From Mytilus californianus (Eukaryota): a DNA stretch of 64,000 bases. The notes beneath the pieces are model-generated. The model did no database searches. It saw nothing but the letters and a program-made list of their open reading frames with translations, and was not told the origin of the DNA. Made by a program: the position numbers and the translations under genes. Shown here piece after piece: positions 11,933-24,500 of the stretch; the first letter of the stretch is position 1, and the number at the start of each line of letters is the position of its first letter. The DNA lies in assembly GCF_021869535.1 (NCBI RefSeq), contig NW_026262679.1, forward strand, positions 95,914,001-95,978,000. Reading direction: 5' to 3'.

Positions 11933-14733
11933 ATTGGTATTGCTTTTTGTCTCATGGGCATCCATACCACATCTCCTTACTTTTATATTTCAGTATTTGG
12001 TAATAATGAACTCTGGGGGCCTTTGAAGATCGAGTAGATACTGATAATAGAAGGCCTAATTAAAAAAAATTAAAACAATGAATGAACTAAACTTTAAAAT
12101 TGCATGTTTCTGTGTGTTTCCTTGACCAAAATCAAAATACGAGTTATAAAATTTTACAATCAATTCCTTTATTTTCAGGAAAAAAGTGCAGATAATTTTT
12201 ATTCGCGTGTTAATTTAAAAGAAATCGAAATCGTACCAGAAACGTTTTTGCCAAAAATCGTTAAAAATTTGTCACCTCAATCGATATGCAGGTTTTTTCT
12301 AGTTTTTTTTTTCTTCGTTATTTCGATCAACCCTCCAAGTCGGCGTTCCTTTCTTCTCCAATAGTATACGACAGATTAAGCGGCATCTGGTTTCAGTCGA
12401 CTGTGTGGCAAACATGCGTAGTCTTAGGGTATGAGGATATTGTTATGAAAATGCATTAAAAACCGGACAAACTCAATCCTGTTGAGAAATTAAAAAAAAT
12501 AAACATAACAAAATGACGTTAAAAGCATCTAAAAACAGCGGGTTTCATATTTTAAAATGTAGAGTATGCCTACATGTATATCGTAGTACACGGATTTATC
12601 CAGATTCCCTGTTTCAGTAATGTTATGATAGAAAACCAAAGGATAATGCAAAAAAATATATAATACAAAGCAATCAAGATTACCTCAGAGACCTACGACA
12701 TTCGAGTTCATCTAGTTACCAATCTCATACACATGTCTCTAGTTAAATTTTACATGCTCAACATGTTATAAAAATTTCTTTATAAATCTTTACGTCGACA
12801 AATGAAATATAAAAAAAGTCTGTTTCTATGGAAACGTTATTAAATATAAGATTATTCATCCTTAATTGAAACAACTATAACTGAATATATGGCTTATTTA
12901 AGATAAAGTTTCGTAATTATTAAGCGCTAGGGAAAGTATAGCAAAATATTTAATATTTGTAACGGATTATTGAGTTTTTTTTCGCCAAGGACAAAATGTA
13001 GAACATTTCGCAAGTCAATAATTGATGTCCTTTTATCTTTTAATTTATTTGTGTAACCAGACTGAGGATTTTCATAAAATAGGTTAATTCTGTTGATTTA
13101 TGTTTCTAAGTTAATAACAAATTCTTTGGAACTGACATCTTAAATTTATTATAAATAGTCAGGAATTATTGACAAACAGTTATTTATTTTCAGTATTTGA
13201 TATCCGCCTTTTCATTATGTCATTTTCAAGAAGGCAACAACGTAATTAAAATAACACAAACGAAGATTATAAACCATACTGTACGTGGTTTCATAAGACC
13301 AGAAATAACCTTCACAAACAGTAGCCAAACAAAACAATAAACCAAGAATACCGAATTCATTGAAAGAATAAAAAAACATGAACTAAATAAGCAACTGACA
13401 TACGCAGGGAGTAGCAATCCACTACTCTCAAGCAGTTAAATCATTATTTATGAGAGGGGGTGAATCTAGTCTACACCTAGGAATAGTGTATGTCCCAGTC
13501 TACACATAGGTTAAATTCATGACGAAATACTATCGCTATAATCTGCGGTTATTTTGTCTATAAAAAAGAGTCTTGAATTTAATAACCAATATAGACAATA
13601 TTTCAAGGGTTCATGTTAAGTATACTTAAAAAGTAGGTAAGATAAAATACTATTATTGATATTGAAACAGCAGAGTTTTAAAATTAATTCATCCTTGGTC
13701 CTCATGTATGTCATGGTATCTGAAGTTTTTTGCCTTTTTTTATTTTTATAGATTTTCATTGAATTCACTTATTGCATAAAACCCTGACTTCAAGCGTTGG
13801 CATCTCTGTAATTTTTTCGCTTTGGTCTTTTTTTTTAAATAGTTCCCTTTATTTATTCCATTTGTGGTAACCAAATATTACGTTGTTGCTTTACTTGTAC
13901 GTAATATGATATATGAAAGAAAGAGGTTTTTCATGATTTCTGATAAAAAGATTCAATGAATTTTTTGTGGAACTTAAGTAACGAGCCGGTCAATTTCAAA
14001 TTGCTTAATATTGTAATTCGGAGAGTTACTTAACTCGTCTATAGATGGAAAAAAGATGGTATATGTTCAAGGTGATCTTCTCTCGAAGTTCGATAAACTT
14101 TAAGACCGACTATTATTTTGCACAGAAAAAAAAACATTTTCAGGTCGGAGTTATTATTTTATGTGAAAATGGGTATTAAAATCTTTTCTGATAACAACTG
14201 TAGACTAGCCAAGGCCAGATAAAAAAAAGAAACCGTAAATAGAAAACTAAACCCGATAATGACTTATTTCATTATATCTATTTTCTAATTGCGTCACAAA
14301 TGGTATTATGAGCTGATGTAAAAACATAATTATACTTGAAAAAAAAAAATTTTGTATTCAAGTCTGCAGAAATCCTTGATTTAGAAAGAACTCGTGCATT
14401 TAACAAATACAATGTCTGTATAAGCTTTAATAGACATCAAATTAAGACATGTTGGAAAACGACGTATAGTCGATCAATATATAGATAAATTATAAATGAG
14501 ATTCACAGATTTGTCACCTGGTCGCTTTCGATATCTGCTTAATCTGTAACGAGGCTACCGTGTAATTTAGATGATATTGTTCGATAAAAACAAAGCTATT
14601 ATAGACAGTAAGAAATTATCTGCACTAATGTTTCATGGAATACTAGAAGCAAATGTAAGCCTTCATTTAGAGGGTAGTCATGTTTGTATAGAGTTGTCCT
14701 TAATACAAATTTTCTAATACAGTTCCCATTTAA

Positions 14734-14935
14734 AGGGGCATTAGCTACGAGATATAAAACAAATCAAAATATGTTTTGTTTTTGTTCAATCATTTATGAA
14801 AGTGAAATAGTGAAATAATAATTCGCTTTTTAGCTGCCAGTTTAGTTCAATTTTGTCAAAATAATCTAAGAAACATCGCTAATGAATTATTCACTTGCAA
14901 GTATTTCGAATAAATTTAGCTTTTTATAAACAGCA
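14734..14935. mobile_element. Left end of a Kolobok-like non-autonomous DNA transposon (truncated)
   Basis: TTAA (14730-14733) followed by AGGGGCATTAGCTACGAGAT, the TTAA|AGG start typical of Kolobok. I found no matching right TIR, and the right boundary is approximate. Confidence 0.45.
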
Positions 14936-15302
14936 AATTGCCGTATGAATGATATACCATGCTAAAACATCATCGCTGACTAATGGGCTGGTAATAACAT
15001 AAGGAATAAAACACTCACCAGCAAAAGCATCTACCCAGTGATTGTACAAACTCATTCAAGATATTATGCTTATAATTTAGTGTGCCAGACACTTTTTCGT
15101 CTATATACGACTTACTGTAATACAGATGGTGCTCGAATTCTCTTTTTAAAGTTACATTCTCTATTAATATCATTTATTTGACGAATTCAAATATTCTGTA
15201 TTTTGAGAAATATTATTAAACGTTATTACATTTTTCCACTGTCCTTCCAATTTTTATTTGTTGCAAGTCATTATGGACAAGAAATTGATTGTGGTGTATC
15301 TT

Positions 15303-15910
15303 ACAATGGTCAAGACGGTAGCCAATTTCATGTAATACAAAATAATGATCAAGACGGTAACCAATTACATGTAATACAATATAATGATCAAGACGGTAAC
15401 CAATTACATGTAATACAATATAATGATCAAGACGGTATCCAATTACATGTAATACAATATAATGATCAATACGGTATCCAATAACATGTAATACACTATA
15501 ATGATCAAGACGGTAACCAATTACATGTAATGATCAAGACGGTAACCAATTCCATGTAATACAATGTAATGATCAAGACGGTAACCAATTCCATGTAATA
15601 CAATATAATGATCAAGACGGTAGCCAATTACAAGTAATACAATAATGATCAAGACGGTAGTCAATTACATGTAATACAATATAATGATCAAGACGGTAAC
15701 CAATTACATGTAATACAATATAATGATCAAGACTCCAATTACATGTAATACAATATAATGATCAAGACTCCAATTACAAGTAATACAATATAATGATCAA
15801 GACGGTAACCAATTACATGTAATACAATATAATGATCAAGACGGTAACCAATTACATGTAATACAATATAATGATCAAGACGGTAACCAATTACATGTAA
15901 TACAATATAA
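15303..15910. repeat. Minisatellite, 39-bp unit x~15
   Basis: Unit AATGATCAAGACGGTAACCAATTACATGTAATACAATAT, with several shortened variants. Confidence 0.97.
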
Positions 15911-16069
15911 CCACAACAGTTATCTTCATGTGATCGTAAAGTTCATAGATAGACCATTAAAAAATTTAAGCTGAATATCGGTATTAGGCCTCGTCTTTAT
16001 TAAAAAAATATTTTGCGTTGTCAAATTTTCAAAACCTATTATACAGTCAATCAAGAAGTAAAAAACACA

Positions 16070-16143
16070 CAAATACACATCCATCTACTGAACAAATACA
16101 CATCCATCTACTGAACAAATACACACCCATCTACTGAACAAAC
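16070..16143. repeat. Tandem repeat, 23-bp unit x3
   Basis: CAAATACACATCCATCTACTGAA, three copies. Confidence 0.9.
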
Positions 16144-16488
16144 CATGCATGATACAGATTTTAATAAAAACACAATTATCCTAGTTCCATTTTTTCATCT
16201 AGCGGACTATACATCAGCATATAATGTAGTTTTAAAATTTGAACCAAATGACAATTTAGAACATACACGCGTTTTTAGTTCTGATTTTCAAAGACTTTCT
16301 GAATTATTTTTTTATCTCTCACTTCAAAAAAACCTATCTGCAGATGGACGCATAAGAAACATGATTTTCGCCAAACCGACGAAAACACAGATACAGTAAT
16401 AAGGGTATTAAAATGTGTAAAATATAATGTTAGGTATATCTGCATTAATTTTCTAACAATTTCTGTACAATTAAGAAATATTTTTAGC

Positions 16489-17217
16489 CAGAGACATATA
16501 TATGTAGGACTATGAACCGCGATGGTACTCCGAACCGCGATGGTCACACTTAAGTGCGATGGTGGCATTGTGACGCTAACTTGTTGATAGCTACGCCAAA
16601 GTGCGATGGTCTACACCAACTATTTTTGCAATGCTTTTCGTGTCGATGCAGAAGTCAATTTGTAAGTTATAGCAGTTTTTAAGGTTTTTAAGTTGATAAG
16701 GCTTATAAACTTTTAATATTACGGGAGGATTGGTGGATAGGGGAAGTTAACATTTTGTAGCGATTTGTTTTCGAAATCTACAAAAGTTTTTTTTACGTAC
16801 GATGCAGCGTGACATTCTCTAACTATATACGGGTCCGCAGACAGTTTCTCTTCATTATAATATTTCGGTAAACGAGGAATTCATGAGGAAACACCGTAAA
16901 GATGAAATGATAATGCAAAATTATGTCCACATGTACAAAAATAAAAGAGGACGATCTCTCATTTAGTATATGCAACTGTAATTAAGGACAGACATAGGCT
17001 GAATAATGAATGTAAATTTATATACTAACTATCAAAAATATCTACTTCTCATAATAATTGCATGTCTGTAGATTTTAAACTAGTCATCATGCGTCAAATA
17101 TATCATCGCACATCAGCGTAGGGACCATCGCACTTCGGCGTAGACCATCACATTTCAGCGTGACCATCGCACTTCAGCGTAACCATCGCACCTCCGAGTC
17201 CTACATATATGTCTCTG
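16489..17217. mobile_element. Non-autonomous DNA transposon, 729 bp, P-element-like (or hAT-like)
   Basis: TIR CAGAGACATATA(TA)TGTAGGACT / AGTCCTACATATATGTCTCTG. Imperfect 7-bp flank duplication TTTTAGC / ATTTAGC. Four subterminal GCGATGGT copies on the left and four inverted ACCATC(G/A)C copies on the right. Confidence 0.85.
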
Positions 17218-17594
17218 ATTTAGCTAAACAAATTGACATTATAAATACTTAATGAATTTGAAAATAGTAGCAAAAGGATATCCGTGATCAATTTGTTCCT
17301 CGTTCATGGAAGAAAAACATGCCGGGTAGGTGTTAAAATTGGTTTTGAATTACGTAATTGTATTTTATATAACAACTGAATTGTTTCATTTTATTGTTGA
17401 AATCTTTTTTGACATTTTAAATTACTAAACGTTAAAAAGCTGTTCGAAACGGATCTTTGAATGTCGAATATTTTTTTCTCTCTGTAAAATATCTATTTTT
17501 CAAAAATAAAAAAAAAAATATTTGTCTGATGTATTTTCCTCTACGATTCTTGTTATTCATGCAATGGTTTACTTTTATAAATTGTTACTTGGAT

Positions 17595-17733
17595 GGAGAG
17601 TTGTCTCATTGGCACTCATACCACATCTTCCTATATCTATAAACACAGCTCGGACGATTTTGAAGGAGAGTTGTCTCATTGGCACTCATACCACATCTTC
17701 CTATATCTATAAACACAGCTCGGACGATTTTGA
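17595..17733. repeat. 70-bp tandem duplication of a retroelement-tail end plus its flank
   Basis: GGAGAGTTGTCTCATTGGCACTCATACCACATCTTCCTATATCTATAAACACAGCTCGGACGATTTTGA occurs at 17595 and 17665. Confidence 0.95.
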
Positions 17734-18559
17734 GAAGTTATCAATTGCAAAAATTTCGTAAAAATCTGCTTAATCAATTATTTTGTTATCATGTACATGT
17801 AGGTTAAACATACAAATCTCTCAGCAAATCATAATCCGCGACAGACATTTTGAATGGCAGAGTGTTAAAGTATGTAGTTTTAATCGACAATCAAAATAAG
17901 TTTAGAGCTGGAAAAACTGTTGAAATAGTTAAATGGTTCATATAGCGCCATTGCTTGTATTACCTTTTCAAAACTGCTATAGTAGATATCATATATCTCC
18001 CTTGTGATTGACTCTTCATAATTGTCGTGATCTCTTTCAATATGGCACAGAACGTAAATATAAATTATTAAATATGCAATATGCGTGTAATTAAAAGCTT
18101 CAATATTGAATGTACTTTATACAACTGTATTAATCTGTATAAAGTGCTGTCGATGCTATTAGTTGAAATGTTTTTGCTGGATTAATAAACTCGATATTAA
18201 AAATATATATATACCGTATATGATATGATTTTCGTGCTTTTAACACATGTTTCTGGAATATCCTTCATGAGTCATATACTCGTGACTTAAAGTCTGTGAA
18301 ATCCTTATTTTTAACGATTTGAATGTATTATAACCAAAAGGGTATACACAGACCAGCAAAACTAGCCAAGGCCATCTTTACCCGAGAGAGCTGCGTTTTA
18401 GTTCGTTTTCAGTTTAGAAAGACGGATAATTCAATTTATTTGTACACCAAAATGAAAATATGGTTATGACATTGACTTGATGTTCGTTGTGTACGCTTGT
18501 GAGGATATAAATCACATTAGATGATGTAATGAAGTGTGGATTTACCTTCATCAAGAACG

Positions 18560-18965
18560 CTCAAAGCTCAAAGCCGATGATTTATAAGAACCGAAACATA
18601 AGGGCTTCATGACCTATAAATTATAAGCCTGGTACCTTTAATAAGTTTTTTTATACAATCATTGGGTCGATGCCACTGCTGGTGGAGTTTCCTGTTCGGA
18701 AGTTTCACCAGCACACATGACATGAATTATCATTGATATTGTCATTTAATATAAATCAACTGTTTACAAAACTTAGAATTCTTTGAAAAACTAAGTATTT
18801 TGTTACCCCACCTAAGCTGTGTTTGGCAAAACCTTTCAGAATTTCTGGCTTTAATGCTCTTTAACGTCGTACATTTATTTGGCCTTTAAACTTTTTTTAT
18901 TCTTTTGTAGACGAAACGCGCATCTGGCGTACAACATTGTTAGCCTGGTATCTTGGGTGAGTTTT
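18560..18965 (+). mobile_element. Decayed interspersed repeat with hammerhead-like remnants (retrozyme or Penelope pseudo-LTR type)
   Basis: GGGTCGATGCCACTGCTGGTGG body. GTAGACGAAACGCGCATCTGGCG at 18907-18929 and a degenerate (C)GATGA..GAAAC motif at 18570-18607. The family assignment is from recall. Confidence 0.5.
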
Positions 18966-20267
18966 TTTTTGGGTATCAAATCGACATCATTGCCATGCCA
19001 TTTTTTCTGTATTACAATATTTACGGTACCAATTTTACTGCACCAGAGGCGCATTTCGACAATAAATGTATCTTCCGTGATGCTCAATGCCAAAATATTT
19101 AACCAAAACAAACTTTAAAGTGCTGATTAAACGAATAAGGACCAAAAGTATAGCCGAAGCCGTACAAGGAACCAGGGCCCGTATGCATAAAGCTTTGAAT
19201 GAGGGAGGAGATACGTTTTAGATTATTTTTTTGTATTTAGATTGTCATTGTACTTTACCAAATATGAGAAAAAATTATGACCAGAAACTTATAATTTGAT
19301 GCAAGTTCAGAACCATTGGTTGCTGGTTCAGAGCAATGTAGAACTATTGTGAAAAGTATATTGTAAATTATTCATTGACTTGAATATTCAACTATTTCTT
19401 AGTCGTTTCTAATCGAGATTGGTAACACGTATGTCAGCAGTAATTCTGAAATTTCTTGGAAACGAAATGTATCTTGACTGTAACGGAAAAGAGATAAACA
19501 GCCATTTCAAAGAACCAGAATTATTAACAAACAAGGGGACTAACTGGTTTTATTCATGATAGCAAAATGAATTTCGGGAAGAAACCATTGCGTTCTTTCT
19601 TTATATGATTGACAATTTCTTCGAAAGGCGGTGTTTGATAAAAAGGGTTCCCCTTATAATCAGTACATCAGTACATTACTTGAAGTCATCTTTTTATTGT
19701 TAGATAATTTGTTATTTTTTTATTTATGTCTGAACGATATCAACATTAAAACATGCATTTCAAAAGTAATCAATACGTTTTTATAGTCAATGTTTACCAG
19801 CACTCTCCGATTCTAAGAAAACTAACAATAATTTATAAAAAAATCCTATAAAAACAACGAATAATCATAAATACATAAAGAAAAGATAAAAACTAATGTT
19901 GGATATCAGATTGAAGCCGATAGCAGAAAAAATACAACAAAACAGCACAGAGAAATCATGACTCATTAGCCTTTTGACACTTCTTTGAGTGTTTAGGTGA
20001 CTAGTGAGCTAATAAATAAACAGCTCAAAAATTAACTAAGGAAAAACGTTCGATATTAAACGATAATTATATTGTCTTAGGGATTAAATCCATTTCAAAC
20101 GTCCCTATCGGTAAACTACAGACGTTAATTTTGAAAGCAATATCTTAAATATGAAAATAAAATACACGAAGAACATGTTCCTTACAGGATTAAACAATAT
20201 CCTATAATCTATGCCTTTCCTCATCGGCTCATCTATGCACAAGGGCTCTTCGATGAGTAAGATATTT

Positions 20268-20373
20268 GCAGTCGCTATCCTATATCAAATATCAATTATA
20301 GGATATATCCTATATCAAATATCAATTATAGGATATATCCTATATCAAATATCAATTATAGGATAGCGACTGC
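20268..20373. repeat. Three 30-bp hairpin units enclosed by a 16-bp inverted repeat
   Basis: GCAGTCGCTATCCTAT ... ATAGGATAGCGACTGC flanks (TATCCTATATCAAATATCAATTATAGGATA)x3. Confidence 0.93.
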
Positions 20374-20775
20374 CAATGACAGTAACACATCATCTGACCA
20401 ACTAAACGAGCCCCTGTTATATCAAATATCAATAGAATAGCGACTGCTCGTGACAGTAAAACCTCATCTGACCCACTAAACGAGCCCCTGTTATATCAAA
20501 TATCAAAAGAATAGCCAGTAAAACCTCACCTAACCCACTAAACGAGCCCCTGTCATATCAAATATCAATAGAATAGCGACTGCTCGTGACATTAAAACCT
20601 CATCTGACCCACTAAACGAGCCCCTGTTATATCAAATATCAATAAAATAGCGACTGCTTTTGACAGTAACACATCATCTGACCCACTAAACGAACCCCTG
20701 TTATATCAAATATTAATAAAATAGCGACTGCTAGTGACAGTAAAACCTTATATGACCCACTAAACGAGCCTCTGT
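20340..20775. repeat. Minisatellite, 74-bp unit x~6 (one copy lacks 12 bp)
   Basis: CTAAACGA anchors at 20402, 20476, 20538, 20612, 20686 and 20760. Confidence 0.95.
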
Positions 20776-21199
20776 GATCTATGTATATTCAAGCTCTAGA
20801 CACATTTTTGATATGTAATTGTAATTACAAATTATAAAATTATCTGGTATACGCTATATTGTTTTTAAAAGTATGAAACATTGCCTATATAAACAGGGAT
20901 ATACAATCTTTGCTCAAAGCAATTTCCTATTTAAAAAAAACCCACAAAAACCTAATATTACCGGGAAATTACTTGAATAGAAATGTAAAGGTATAATGGT
21001 GTTTTATACAGACCGACTCTAACAGCAAAATGACAAAAATCTAGATTATTCGTGCAATCCAAGTTTATAAAAAAAAAATCCGTGGGAAACTCTACACGGG
21101 AAATAACAAAAAAGTAATCTTTTAGAACAACTCGGCAAATATATAGATATATATATATATATATCATATCATATGCAGACAGACTGAGCTAGCTTGCTG

Positions 21200-21583
21200 G
21201 TCAAAACAGGCAAACATAGCATACAGAAAAGTTGAGCATTGTTGGTTGTCAAAACAGGCATGCATAGCATACAGAAAAGTTGAGCATTGTTGGTTGTCAA
21301 AACAGGCATACATAGCATACAGAAAAGTTGAGCATTGTTGGTTGTCAAAACAGGCATACATAGCATACAGAAAAGTTGAGCATTGTTGGTTGTCAAAACA
21401 GGCATACATAGCATACAGAACAGTTGAGCATTGTTGGTTGTCAAAACAGGCATACATAGCATACAGAAAAGTTGAGCATTGTTGGTTGTCAAAACAGGCA
21501 TGCATAGCATACAGAAAAGTTGAGCATTGTTGGTTGTCAAAACAGGCATACATAGCATACAGAACAGTTGAGAACAGTTTTGT
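21200..21583. repeat. Minisatellite, 48-bp unit x8
   Basis: Unit GTCAAAACAGGCATACATAGCATACAGAAAAGTTGAGCATTGTTGGTT. It generates the 16-aa repeat ORFs 21164-21608. Confidence 0.97.
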
Positions 21584-24500
21584 TTGCAAAACAGGTTACA
21601 TAGTATAAAGACTGAGCATATTGCTTTACAAAACTTATATAGTTTTTATGGACAGATTAAGCGTTGCATACAAAACTTGCTTGTGTCTTATGCCGACATA
21701 CTGCAAATACTTGCATGTCAAATATATTAAAGTTCCTTGTCAAAATTCAAAATTGTATACCAACAAACTATATTAAAAGTTGTTTGTCTAATCATTTATA
21801 GTGTATCAAATGATTTTTTTAAGTTGCTTGTAACAATGGCATTTGATTCAAACTTGATTATTGTCAAGAATAAACTCTACATTTTAACGATACTGGTAAC
21901 GAAAAATGATATTTATAATACAAGTCCTATGTACACATGTTATAGGCATTAGTTTTGTCTATGGACTCTTTTGCATGCAACTATCTAAATTAGTCTCGAC
22001 TTTACTGCATATGTTTGTTTCATCTCAATTAAATGGTCTTCAAATATTTATTAAATTATAGTTCTATCTACTCATTATTTGATAGTGTCTCGTAACTTTT
22101 ATTTCACGTCCTTTCTCTTGTATTAATATTTCTTCAATCGAACAGATTCTGGGTATATTTTCCTCTTTTAAATTATTAAAATCATACGCAGTTTTATATC
22201 GCACATTATAACATCTGTGCACCTTTATTTTTTCGCAATTGGTGCATAGTTCTGTTGCTAGATATGATTTGTCATTAACAAACACGTCGATTACGCATTG
22301 CAGTGAATTTTGGATTGCTTAATCAACATTTTTAATCATTAAAGATGGCGCAATTCAAAAACAAAACATCTTACCTTAAATCATTAGTCGAGTCTGTTAA
22401 TGGAAGAAATTGCTGCGACACATGAAAATGATCACATACACAGCTTAAAGCATACCAATTAAAACGGCATCTTCGTGTTGGGATATATTATAACACACAT
22501 CGGAAAGTCGATATTCCTACTGCTAAAACAAGCTGAAAAGCCGATCATTGTCAGTCTGGTAAAATCAATTGATTTGATAAAAGGTCACCGACAATCATTT
22601 TTTTAATCTAGTTGTTATATCTTTGATACATACATTTGATATATTGCATTGCATTGCTATAGAAATTCATATATCAGAACTGAAGCTACAGGTAGAACTA
22701 GTATTACATCGCTATATGCTTAGCATATACAATACCTGTTAATAGATGTGTTTTTAATTGGAACCGTTTTATTGTCAGTTCGCACAATCCATTTTGCAAC
22801 ATGTATATCAAATTATTTTAGTGTAGGAAAAATGGAAGGCAACATTTTATATATAAAAATCAATGGAGATCAAATGTCACTGTGTTAGGTAATAAGATGT
22901 CTATTAAAAAGTCTAGATATCTTTTTGCTGCCTCGTTGAGAAACCCAACATCTCCATGTATTTATATTCAGCACTAATGTATAGCACAGAATAAGATTTT
23001 AAGGATTTTGATTGATGTAAAATTGTTATAAGAACTTGCAAATATACATGTGGTAGGGTAACCTAGTTTTTTAAGTACTTTATCCGTCTCCTTTTATTCT
23101 CGATCACTGGAAACCGTGATTCAATAGTTTCCCTCGAGTTTTTGTTTACGTTGCAGGCTTTCTTTCGAATTGATTTGAGGTTTATTATCAATTTTGTGAA
23201 AGGAGCCATTGAAACACAGCGACAAAAATTCCTTGCATGGACTGAACTTCTTTAGATACAATTTTAGCAAATATGAAATTGCATTTCCAGTTGTACCATT
23301 AAGCGCCTCATATAATGACCAATTCCACAAATGTCGATAATACAAATTAGAATGTTTTCTTTTGATCATCAAATTAATTAAACATTTAACAAATCGATAC
23401 AGGTATTTTACATTCACACAAAAAGAACAAATTAAAGCGCCTTCCTTTTATCTTCCGGTCTGAAATTTATTTCCAAAACAGTAAATGTTCTTTCGTTTCC
23501 AAATTTAGAAGGCAATAAATAGTATTTATTTGTGCATTACAAATGAATAACATAACCTATTCCGAATGGAGTTTCGTTTCACTTCAAATATTAATTATTG
23601 TAGTTTTGCACACTATTCCAAAATGAAAGATTGCAAATGACTCCCAAAGGAAATGAATTGACACACTTTAATGAGTGTCTGCATTCTCAACCTAAATTGA
23701 AAGCATGCATATTGTTCTTTTCATTCCATAACATTTATAAATGTAGAATTTAAGTTCAATGTAAGAAAAGTATTAACATTTTTTGCATGAGGCTTCTAAA
23801 ATGACATGAATGCATGTGTTCTTTTCATTCCCATAAGATTTATAAATTTACAATATTCAGTCAATGTCAGATAAATATATATTAAAAATTTTGAATGAGG
23901 CTAAGAAACTGGGAAAGGGCAAGAATTACAAAGCCCATAAACAGTTTCGTGTCGAATATATTACAGGGGTGTTGCAGCTGTAGTATAATTTTAAATTATT
24001 GTTGATAACTGTCGCGCCATAAATTCAACCAACTTCATTTAAAAAATAAGATAGAAAAGGTAATCTTATGGCATAGAAGGACTTTTTTTCGTATGAAAAT
24101 ACCCTGATAAAAGCGGTGATGTTCTCATTCACGAACTTAAATATATTGTCCATACATACATATTATACAATAGACGTAGGGTTCCCTATTCATAGTCTTG
24201 TGTATTTTTTTTTTAATTTAGGTTCATTTATATGTTCGGAGTTTAGTGGCGTCAATTTCGCTGAAGTATTATACATTATTGTGTAGGAGCCAGCGGAAGC
24301 AGATGCGGAATGTTCTCGCTGTGTTGAAGACTTGTTGGTGTCCTTGGTACTTGGCAAATATACGCATGCGCTTGCAAACAGCAGAATTAACCAACAGAAA
24401 TCCCAATATCGTGCATCCTTTTTGGTTTTAGTAAATTTAATATATAAAGAGATTAGTTTTTGATTGTAGGAGATTTGTGTTTGAATGGATTAGCAGAAAT

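Noticed and set aside
21164-21608. Cys-containing 16-aa repeat proteins in three frames
   Set aside because: A 48-bp satellite open on both strands, with no splice signals or unique coding flanks.
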